This document shows positions 11,901 to 23,900 of a stretch of 64,000 nucleotides of DNA, piece by piece; the first letter of the stretch is position 1; every line of letters starts with the position of its first letter. The notes beneath the pieces were generated by a model that worked only from the letters and a program-made list of their open reading frames with translations, was not told where the DNA came from and did no database searches. A program made the translations under genes and the position numbers. The stretch is taken from positions 50,532,001-50,596,000 of the forward strand of contig CM052816.1 of assembly GCA_028534125.1 (NCBI GenBank). The letters run 5' to 3'. The stretch comes from Lama glama (lineage: Eukaryota).

Positions 11901-14900
11901 AGTTTTTATGTTTTCCAGATATATGCCCACGACTGGGATTGCGAGAACATATGGTAGCTCTAATTTTAGTTTTTTAAGGAACCTCCATACTGTTTTCCTT
12001 AGCAGCTGTACCAGTTTACATTCCCACAAACAGAATAGGAGGGTTCCCTTTTCTCCACACACTCTCCAGTATTTGTTATTTATGTTCTTGTTGATAATAG
12101 CCATTCTGACTGCTGTGAGATGATACCTCATCGTGGTTTTGATTTGCATTTCTCTTAATTAATTAGCGATGTTGATCATCTTTTCATGTGCCTGTTGGCC
12201 ATCTATATGTCTTCTTTGAATAGATGTCTATTTAGGACTTCTGCCCATTTTTTGATTGGGTTGTTTATTTTTTCTGATACCAAGTTTTATGAGCTGTTTG
12301 TATTTATTTTGAATATTAACCCATGTTGGTCTCGTCATTTGCAAATATTTTCTCCCATTCCATAGGTTATCTTTTCATTTTGTTGATGGTTTCCTTTTCT
12401 GTGCAAAAGCTTTTAAGTTTGATTAGGTCCCATTTGTTTATTTTGCTTCTATTTCTTTTGCCTCGGGAAACTGATCTAAGAAAATATTGCAACGATTTAT
12501 GTCTGAGAACGTTTTGCCTACATTCTCTTCTAGGAGTTTTATGGTGTCGTGTTTTAGATTTAGGTCTTTAAACTATTTTGAGTGTATTTTTACATGTAAT
12601 GTGAGGGAGTGTTCTAATTTCATTGATTTACATGTAATTGTCCAGCTTTCCCAACACTACTTGTTGAAGAGACTATCTTTTCTGCATTGTATATTCTTAG
12701 CTCCTTTGTCATAGATTAACTGACCATGGGTGTGTGGGTTTATTTCTGGGCTCTCTATTCTATTCCATTGATCTGTATGTCTGTTTTTGTGCCAGTACCA
12801 TGCTGTTTTGATTACTGTAGCTTTATTTAATAATATCTGAAGTCTGAAAGGATTATGCCTCCAAGTTTATTATTTTTCCTCAGGACTTCTTTGGCAAATC
12901 TGGGTCTTACATGGTTCTATTTAAATTTTAGATTCTTTTGTTCTAGTTCTGTGAAAAATATCATGGGTATTTTGATAGGGATTGCATTGAATCTAGATTG
13001 CTTCAGGTAGTATGGCCATTCTAACAATATTAATTCTTCCAATTCAAGAACATGAGATATCTTGCAATTTCTTTGAGTCATCTTCAGTTTCCTTTATCAG
13101 TGTTCCATATTTTTTAGCACATAGGTCTTTCACCTCTCTGGTTAAATTTATTCCTAGGTTGTTTATTTGGGGGTTTTTTAACATGGTTTTATTGGGGTTT
13201 TATTTTTGTTGTTGTTTTTTACTTTTTCTTTCTTAGAATTCTTTGTTAGTGTGAAGAAATGCAACAGATTTCTGTATATTAGTGTTGTATCCTATTACCT
13301 GGATGAATTCATTTATTAGTTATAATAGTTTTTGTGTGTAAACTTTAGGGTTCTCTAAATAGAGTATCATGTCATCTGTAAACAATGACAGTTTAACTTC
13401 TTTCCTTCCAATTTGGATTTTCCAAAGTTGATTTCCAATTTTTATTTCTTTTTCTTTTCTGATTGCTGTGGCTAGGACTCCCAATACTGTATTGAATAGA
13501 AGTGGTGAGAATAGGCATCCTTATCTTGTTCCTGAATTTAGCAGGAAGGTTTTCAGCTTTTCACAGGTGAATATTGTTGGCTGTGGGTTTGTCATAAATG
13601 GGTTTTAGTGAGTTGAGATTTCTTCTCTCTATACCCACTTTTGTGAGTTTTTTTTTTTTAATCATGAATGGATGTTGAATTTTGTCAGACATTTTTTCTG
13701 TGTCTACTGAAATGATATGATTTTTATTCTTCAGTTTGCTAATATGGTGTATCACATTGAGTGATTTGTGGATATGGAAAAATCCTTGCATCCTTGGGAT
13801 AAGTCCCACTTGATCATGGTGTGTGATCCTTTTAATGTATTGTTGGATTCAGTTTGTTAATGTTTTGTTGAGTATTTTTACATCTATATTCACCAAAGAT
13901 ATTGGCTTATCATTTTTTTATGTTGTTTTTGTCTGTTTTGGGTATCAAAGTGATGGTGGCCTTGTAGAATGAATTTGAGAATATCTCCTCCTCTTCAGTT
14001 TTTTTGGAATAGTTTGAAAAGGAGGTATTAGGTCTTATTTATGTGTTTCATAGAATTCCCCAGTAAAGCTGTCTGGTCCAGGGCTTGTGTTTGTAGGGAG
14101 TTTTTTTTATTACAAAATCAATTTCACTACTAGTGATTGACCTGTTCAAATTTTCTGCTTCTTCTTGATTCAGTCTTGGCAGGTTATATGTTTCTGTAAA
14201 TGTGTCTGTTTCTTATAGGCTGTCCAATTTGTTGGCATATTAACTGTTCATATTATTCTCTTAAGATTTCTTGTATTTTTATGGTATCAGTTATTTATCC
14301 TCTTGCATTTCTTATTTTGTTTATTTGGATTCTTCCTCGTCTTGGTGAGCCTGGCTAGAGGTTTGTTGATTTTTTTGTTTGTTTCCTTTATCTTTTCAGA
14401 AAACCAGCTCCTGGTTTTACTGATCTTTTCTGGGTGGGTTTGTTTGTTTGTTTGTTTTGTTTTTGGATCTCTATTTTATTTGTTTTCTCTCTGATCTTTA
14501 TTATTTCCTTCCTTCTGCTGACTTTGGGCTTTGTTCTTGTCTTTCCTAATTCCTTTAGATAGTAAGTTAGGTTGTTTAAGATTCTTTCTTGTTTCTTGAG
14601 GATGGCCTGTATCACTAAGAACTTCCCTCTTAGAACTGGTTTTGCACTGACCCTTTTTTGTTTTAAGTATCATGTTGTTGAGTCTCCATGTGTTTGTTGT
14701 TTTCCTGTTTTTCTTTCTGTGGTTGATTTCTAGTTTATACCATTGTGGCTAGAAAAGATACTTGAAATAATTTCTATGTTCTTAAATTTGTTGAGACTTC
14801 CTTTGCATCTTAGTATGTGGTCTATCATAGAGAATGTTCCATGTGCACTTGAAAAGAATGTATAATCTTTTGCCATTTTAGTTATGATTTGGCATGGTGT

Positions 14901-17900
14901 GGGTCTGTTTGAGTTCATCTTTTTGAGGAGTCTCTTTGCTTACTGTACCTGGATATTTGTTTCCTTCTTTAGGTTTAGGAAATTTTCAGCCATGATTTCC
15001 TCAAGTATATTTTCAATTCCCTTCTCTCTCTTCTACTTCTGGAACCCCTATTATACATAGGTTGGCAAGCTTTATATTACCCTATAGATCTCATATGTTG
15101 CTTTTCATTTTTCTGTTTGCTGTTCTGATTGGGTGATTTCCATTATTCTGTCTTCCAAGTCATTTCTGCATTATTTAGTCTGCTATTGATTGCTTCTGGA
15201 TTGATTTTTAACTTGGCAGTTGTCTGATTTTGATTGATTCATCTTTATAGTTTCTAGCTCTTTGTTACAGTTATCTGTATTTCTATCAATAATTTTTCTT
15301 AATTCTTTAGCATTTTTCTTATCTCCTTTTTGAACTCAGGGTCTAGTAGATTGGTGAGGTCTGTTTCATTATTTGTCCTTTCAGGGAATTTCTTTTGTTC
15401 TTTCAATTGGGAATAGTTGCTTTGCTTTTTCATTTTACTTAACTTTTTCTGTTCCTATTAACTTAGGAGGAAGTTTTCTATTGTGATCTTGAAGGGGTAT
15501 TTTTAACATGGGAGCATCCCTGTGTGGCCTGCATGAGTCCAGTATTTTTGTCACAAGGACTGGTTTTGGTATGGATGCCAGCCCCATCTTTCCTCATAGT
15601 GTGCTGGCCATTACCCCCTTGATAGGTGGTGTGATTGGTGTTGTGAGGTCCACAGCTTGTGCTGGATATTGGACAGGGCCTCCTGTTTGCTCCATGGCTG
15701 TCACAACCCTGTCAGGGACAGGGTCTCCTCCCCAGTCATTGGAGTAGAATTTCTGAGGGCAAGGTTCATTCAGGCTCCACTGCCCCTGAGTGTGAGCCCT
15801 CCCCCAAAGGAGGTGACCACTGAAGCAACTGAGGCCCACGTGATCACAATGAACCTCTGCACCCCTCCCCATGCAGGTGTTTACAGTTCTGCCCGTAAGC
15901 AGCCTAAGGTTGCATCCTTTTCTCCATTGTGTTCATCTCAGACACTGCTAGGCTGTGATGTGTGGTGGGCTGGTGCTGGGGACCAGGGTGCTGTGGCTTC
16001 AGTAATCGAGGTTGTTGTGCTGCCACCTGGGACCTGGGCTCCCTCTGTGGCAGGCCTCTCCCAGGACCTGTCTGCCTAGATCCAACTCCAAATGGCAGTG
16101 TTGGGTAGGGAGAAACTGGAGTACTCCTGCAGGGAAGTGGACCACTGCATACTCCTCCCTGGGGGCTGTCCCCCTGAGAACTGCTTTTCTGTGGCATCGT
16201 CAGGTGCACGGGCTGATTAAATCCTCTGTGGCCAGACCTGCCACCACCATGTGAGTGCTGGCAGTGGGCACATGGGCTAACAAGCCTCACAGCTGTCTCC
16301 ATGCAACTGGAAGAGTCGGTCCACTCCGAGGCCCTGTCTGCCTGAGATTCACTGCAGGTATTTGGCGCCTTGCCTAGTGCACACTTGAGATAGGGAAGTG
16401 GGGTGAGGCAGCAGCGCCCAGCACCAGTCTCTCTGCCATGACTGTTAGTAAGCCAGCCTGCGCACGTGCTTCACAAGTAGTCTAGGCTTCTCCAGCCCCT
16501 CTCGCTGTCCCAGCAGATCTCCCAGCAGGCAGGGGACCTCCCCAGGGTGAGGTTGTGCCTGTTTGGACCTTTTCTCATTTACAGATGCCTCCCAGGGGCA
16601 TGGGTCCCACCCTTTTTCCCCCTTTCTACCTGGTTATTTGGAGATCTCTCCTGCAACTTTGGTTGTATAAGAAATCTTCCTGTTTCCAGTTCGTTTTCTG
16701 AGAGAATTATTTCATATGTACTTGTATTTTTAATCTGTTTGTTGGGAGAGGTGAAGTCTATGTCCTCCTACTCCATCTTGATCCCTCTCAGGAAGTGCTT
16801 CTGAATTTACTAAATAAGCATATTGCTGGCTTCTGTGTGAGATTGATATCCTTTAGCTACTTCTATATAATGGAATGTTACTCTTTACTTTATATACAGT
16901 AATATTGCTGCACTTTTTAAAAACTTTTATTTATTCAACCATCTCTTATTGGGCTCCCATTGTGTGACTGGCACATTGTCAGGTGCTGGAGGTTCAGAGT
17001 TGATAGACAGTGTCCATTCTTCAGGGATGAGTATTATAATAAATGTGTAACAATTTGCTGTGGGAACAGAAAGCAGAGAGCTATATGAAAGAGGGGAGAG
17101 AGGGCAGATGAGTTCAAGGGAACTTCCTTAAAAAGATGACCCTTGAGCTGAATTTTGAGTTCAGTAAGTCCACTTCCTTTTTACTTTGACTGGAAACCTA
17201 TGATTTTCTATGATTCTCGTGTTAGATTCTTTAAACAACTTTTAAAGAATCAGCAGTGAACGAGCAAGTGCTTTTCTTTCACCCAAACCTAATGGCCTAG
17301 TATTAGTCAATGCATGGAACAAGACTGCTTAAATTTGAAGCATTCTTATTCTGAAAGAATTTCACATTTGAAAGAAACTTGAGCCAACATTGACTCTATC
17401 TCCCCAGTCTCCACCTGGTTTTTCTGATGTAATAAAGATTTAGAGAGGACAGTGTTCAACTGAGGTCATATAGCCAGCTTAGTGGCAGAGCTTGGAGACT
17501 CCATGTCCTGCCTAGTAAGTAGTCTGGGCTCCTAGAACATTTGTATTAATTACATATTGATTCAGCTTTGGTGAGCTAACTTGGATTCATGACAGTTTTG
17601 GTAGTTTTCAAGTTCTTGAATTTAGAATTTTTCTTGCATCATGTGAATTTCTTAGCCCAAAGAATGGAGAAAAAAAGTATACCCTCAAAATAGCTTGTGA
17701 TTTTGCTTTTAAAAAAGTTGTTCTCAGGCATATCATTCTGTTTACCTTTTTGAAGAAAGAAGTATGATTCTGAATATGGGATTGTCTGACATTTTTTACC
17801 TGTGTAGTTTTTCTTGTGATACTAATTTTTCTTTTTCTCTTTTTAGTCTGCCATTTTCAATTTTCAGAGTCTGTTGACTGTAATCTTGCTGCTTATATGT

Positions 17901-20900
17901 ACCTGTGCTTATATCCGATCCTTGGCACCCAGCCTCCTGGACAGAAATAAAACTGGGTATGTTACTAATAATGTGTAATCACCCAAATTAGTTCTTAGAA
18001 ACATGAATGTAAATTATTAAAGGTCATTAAATAATTTAATTCCTGTATATAATTTAGTTTTGTTATAACTTTTTACATTATCTTCCCTGTTTCTAAAAAT
18101 CTAAAAACTTTATAGTCATAGAATCTTAATAAATAAAAAGATAGGTATCAGAAGTGACTTCAAAGACAGTGTTTGGCCTTAGTTTTTAATAGAATAATTA
18201 ATAAAGTTTATTATATTTTGAAAGTATTAAACAATTTGGAAGCACTATGTTCATAAGAATAATAATATAGACATACCTTCTCCACTCCAACACTGCTTTA
18301 ATCATATAGTCTCCCCATCTGTGTAAAGCAAACAACTTTGGAGAAATTTACTTAGCTTAATTAGAGCAATAGTAAAAATTAAGCCTTGGGCACATAACAT
18401 TGCTTTTAATTATACATTCCCACCCCAAAATTTTTTAGTTTAATATGATACCACACAGACTTAAAATTTTAAACTGCCATGTTCCTAACACAGAAATACA
18501 TACTGAATTCAATCAGAAGAACAAGTATATATATTAAAAAAAAGTCCATGTGGTAAAAACTATGTAAACTTTCTTTGTCTTAATGGATTTATTAATTTCT
18601 ATGAATAATTGTCTTCATCCTTTTGTGGTAAGATCCTTTACTTCACTTAATCATCATAAGAAATCAAAGGATGAAATAGTAGAATACTTCCCGTAGGAAT
18701 AATTATCTCCAGCACCTTTTTTATTTTTAATGGAAGGAAAAAGGCCAGATTAGGATTCTGCAAGGTCACACTGCATTTCCACTAATAAAAAGCCCCTATA
18801 AGAGGCCAGGTAGTAGATCCTCAGCTATGAGAGGAAATAATTCTCTTTCCTTCAACTCCATTATACCTTTGGGGTCATAACTAACATTTATTCAAACATC
18901 CCATTATCTAAATCATTTGGCTTTTGTTACTATTCCTTCCTTTTTATTACATAGGTTTGTTTGAACATGTATAAAGGAATAAATAGAAGCCCTAACCAGT
19001 TTTGAATAATGAAAATCAGTAATCCTGTTCCAATAAACTGTCTGTGTTGGCCTAGGGGCGTTTATTTAACGAACTAAAGGTAAAAACAGATGTTATCTGT
19101 CCATTAGTTTTTATGACAGTGTCCCACTTCCTTTGCAGACATTGTTTTCTCATCACTCCACCTTTTTCTCTGAACTCCTATTGCACTTAATTTTCATCAC
19201 TCAGTTTAATACTTTGTCCCTTGGTTGAAATTACATAATCTTATTTGTTGCTTAGTTGTACGTGAAACCTTTCTACCCAACCAAATAGTTTTATTTCCTA
19301 CTTCCCTTTCTTTGCAACCCTGAACTATTAACTTATAGTTAAAGCATGTGGTAGAATCCAGTAAACATTTCATTTGATCAGTTGCTTGGACTTCTAATAT
19401 AATACATAATGTTTATCTAATAAGAAATTTAAGTGTTTCTTTCATTAAAGAATAATCACATAGTGGTAGAAGAGAATATTTGTATTTTCCTGATGCTGTG
19501 ATGAAGAAAGTAGATTGCATGTGGAAATGTCTGCTCCTCGTTTCTTTGGAAGCAGGAATACATCCATAACATGCTACATCAAAAAAAGGAGTTCTCAGGG
19601 CTGCCAACCTTACAGTAGAGGTTGAGTAGTAGTATATTTCTCCTACATAAAAACCAGAGAAATAGCATGCCTATTTTTACATTTTAAAGTATATAGTGAT
19701 AATAGTCAACTGCATTAAAGCTTTTTTAAAACTTTGTTTCTATATATATAAATGTTAAAAGCCCCGTTTTATTTTGACTGGCACATATGAAATATTTTCT
19801 GTAGAAGAAATTTTTACTGGTCATTTTTCTTTTGTTAGAATATAGACTCATAGAAATAGACTCATAATAAACTGTGAGACTATAATAAACTTTCATTATG
19901 GTGAATATTTCATGCTTAAGTGAAGATATCTGGGCCAGTTGGATAAAATGAGTTTTTGATAACTTTGCTGTTAAAAATAATTTTTTGCTGCTTCAAATAA
20001 TATAGAACTAAAAAGGAGCAGATAAAGATTGCTACTTTGTCTTGTTTCCTATTTTCATAGACTTAGTAGTTTTATGAACGGATATACTTATTGGCTTATA
20101 TCCTTAGAAACTAAGCAGCATATTTGGATTGGATTTTACCAGCCAGTAAGGTTTTTGTTAGCATTTGAAGTATTACAGAAATATCTAGGTAGACAAATAT
20201 GTGGAAAGGCCACAGAGGTACTGATTAATTTCTTAAATTACCAAGTTAGGAAATTTTTTTCATTTAAATAGCTTTCAATATGCTAACTGTGTCATACCAA
20301 TTTCCTAATGATGCTTTAGTTATTTCTAGACTATTAGACCTGAAAAGACCTTGACTGTGATCATATGGTTTCACTGTTTTGGGGGGCCCTTAGCTTCCTA
20401 TAGAGGAATGTCAGGTGTACTGCCTCTGAGTCCCTCAGTCAGAAGAGCTTTAAATCAGTAGTGCATGTTATAATCAATAGGTTTTTAGAATCAAGCATCC
20501 AGAACATTATAGATCACTAACCAGTTGTCTTCCATTTTTGTATGAAGTATCAACTAATGTAAGTGATATCTGGAGTTATTGTCACATATATATCCTATGT
20601 AATACTGAGCACAGCACACGTTAGTCACTATTCTAAAGACCTTCCATATAAAAACTCATTTAATCTTTATAACAACTCTATAAGGGTGCTATTAAAGAGC
20701 TAAAATAACTTGCTCACCATTACACAGCCAATTAAATAGGATTAAACTTAGGCATAATCTGGACCTTATCCTTTGCTTTCAAGAGTGTATATCATGTTTG
20801 TTCTTTTTTTCCTATAGTAAAATCGTTTCACCTGTCAGAATACCCATGCTTTACAATAAAGTTGTATTTTTGCCCACTTCATTTAATCTGAACTGAGAGA

Positions 20901-23900
20901 CTTTGCTTTGAGGTCAAGAAGTTACTATGTATTTCAGAGGAGGAAAGTATATAGAACTTAACGGAATCAGTATTTTCTTTCAGTCTTAACCATTCAAATA
21001 TAATAATTCATTAACCAGCCATCTCTTTGGGGGAAAAAAAGTAATATAGATTTCCCTGGAATTTANNNNNNNNNNNNNNNNNNNNNNNNNNNNNNNNNNN
21101 NNNNNNNNNNNNNNNNNNNNNNNNNNNNNNNNNNNNNNNNNNNNNNNNNNNNNNNNNNNNNNNNNNNNNNNNNNNNNNNNNNNNNNNNNNNNNNNNNNNN
21201 NNNNNNNNNNNNNNNNNNNNNNNNNNNNNNNNNNNNNNNNNNNNNNNNNNNNNNNNNNNNNNNNNNNNNNNNNNNNNNNNNNNNNNNNNNNNNNNNNNNN
21301 NNNNNNNNNNNNNNNNNNNNNNNNNNNNNNNNNNNNNNNNNNNNNNNNNNNNNNNNNNNNNNNNNNNNNNNNNNNNNNNNNNNNNNNNNNNNNNNNNNNN
21401 NNNNNNNNNNNNNNNNNNNNNNNNNNNNNNNNNNNNNNNNNNNNNNNNNNNNNNNNNNNNNNNNNNNNNNNNNNNNNNNNNNNNNNNNNNNNNNNNNNNN
21501 NNNNNNNNNNNNNNNNNNNNNNNNNNNNNNNNNNNNNNNNNNNNNNNNNNNNNNNNNNNNNNNNNTTAGTTGATGTTGATTTACATATGTGTAACACTAT
21601 TTTTAATTCTATTTTTGTCACGCCAACAAAACAGTTGTCTACAATGTTTTTATTTTTTTAAATATCTATATTCATTGATTCATTTTTTAAAAGCTTTTTT
21701 AATCCATACCAGAGAAGTGATATAATATATATCATATAATATGTGTTAATTAATAATATGTTCATTCGTAGGGTTGAAGTGGACATGTTATTTTAATTTC
21801 TCTTATTTCCAGAATATATGTCTTAAATGCTAGTTAATTCATATACAATATGCCTAACCTAGGTTTTCTACTTATATTGAAATATAAGCACATATTTTTG
21901 TATTCCTCTTTATTTAGTGATATAGTTATGTAAATGCTATCATTGGAATTTATGGTTATAGAGCATTTCAGTATAGAAAATATATTCTACAAGAAGTGTT
22001 TACAATATGGGTTTTATTTTTTAATGTCAAAATTTATCCTAAACCAACTGTGTTCATTTACTATTTTCTCAAAATTAATGTACATTTAAATGGGCATATG
22101 TATCTTCTGCTTTTGAAAGGTAAAGCACTTGAAGTTAACTGAATTAATCCTCTAATAGTAAGCCCTTGTGTAAATTTTTGCCACTCTCACATTGATTTAT
22201 TTTGGGCGTTTCAGTTTCTAACAATTTCTGTACATTGGTAGTTGGTAAGCTATTGTGTCCTACTTTTCTAGATAAATGGTGACTCAACATCAAGTAAATC
22301 TCAGTTTAAAGCAAAGCATCAGAAGTTAAAATGCTAGTATATAATCAATTCTCTATATGGTACTGAGTGATTTATCTTTTCTAGTAATCAGTAGCTACTT
22401 TCTTTTTTTATTCCATGCAGATTATTGGGTATATTTTGGAAGTGCGCCAGAATTGGTAAGGATCTATCTGTAATTTCTCTCCACTTCTTCAGCTGTAAAT
22501 TGTTGGCCAATTTACTTATGTTATAGTCACACAAATTAAATGTCAGTTTTAAAAGTGCAGGCTTCCCAATTATATGCATTTTTTTGATAGTTTGTAGAGT
22601 TCCACCAAAATCTTTCCCTTACACTATTTAAAACTTGAAGATATCTGATAATACTTTATTAGCAGGGAGATGGAAAATACAACAAAAACCTCTCTAATTC
22701 AGATATCATACACTGTGCATTTCTGGCTTTGAGATTTTGGATAAATATGTATGGTTTTATGCACACATACTTACAGAGCATGCTATTCTCTATAATGTGT
22801 ACCATTTTGATAACTGAGTATTAGTTTCCCATTTAATGAAAGGCTTGCTGAGCAACCATCTAATTGCCCTATGCTATGTCCTAGAATGTTATTTGCTGTT
22901 TTTAGAAAACATGAACTGTTTTGTCTATTGAAACCCTGTATGTGGTCATAGTTGAGTTTTGTCCTAATTGATGAAAGTTAAGATAAATGTGTGGATACCT
23001 TCTAACTTTTTTCATAACAGGATTAATAGCATCTTAAGTGTGTTTCTGGCTAATGATATATACTCTTGTTCCCTACTACTATGTATATAATAACATTTAA
23101 TATAGTGCCCAGCACATAATACTCTCAAATGATTGGTAAGTAAATGAATTAAAATGTATTTATTTTATTGCTGTAATTCACCAATATTCTTTTTAATTAT
23201 CAAAGAATAGCTGATGTATAATATTATATGATACAGGTGTACAACATAGTGATTCACAATTTTTAAAGTTTATATTCCATTTATAGTTATTTTAAAATAT
23301 TGGCAATATTCAGCAGTGCTAATTATTAGGGAAATGCAAATGAAAACCACAATGAGGTGTCACCTCACTCTAGTTAGAATGGCCGTCATTAAAAAGTCCA
23401 TGAGCAATAAATGCTGGAGAGGGTGTGCAGAAAAGGGAACCCTCCTACACTGCTGGTGAGAATGTAGTTTGCTGCAGCCATTATGGAAAACAGTATGGAA
23501 ATTCTTTAAACTTAAAGTAGACTTACCATATGATCCAGCAGCAACACTCGTGCATATATCCAGAAAAGGTGAAAACTATTTAGAAAAGATCCATGTACCC
23601 CAGTATTCATAGCAGCACTATTTACAATAAGTATCCATTAACAGATGAAAGGTTAAAGATGTGGTGTATATGTACATACATACACATACACACACAATAG
23701 ATTATTACTCACCCATAAAAAAGAATGAAATAATGCCATTTACAGCAACATGGATGGACCTAGAGATTCATACTAAGTGAATTAAGTCAGAGAAGGACAA
23801 ATCTCATTTAAAAACAGAAGTAAACTCACAGACAGAAAATAAACTGATGGTTACTAAAGGGGAAAGTAGGGGAAGGGATAACTTAGGAATTTGGGATTAA

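Noticed and set aside
11866..16804. Many short ORFs on both strands
   Set aside because: Fragments or antisense frames of the decayed L1; there is no intact ORF1 or ORF2.
20986..21621. 211-aa ORF in the track
   Set aside because: Artefact of translating through the 500-N gap.
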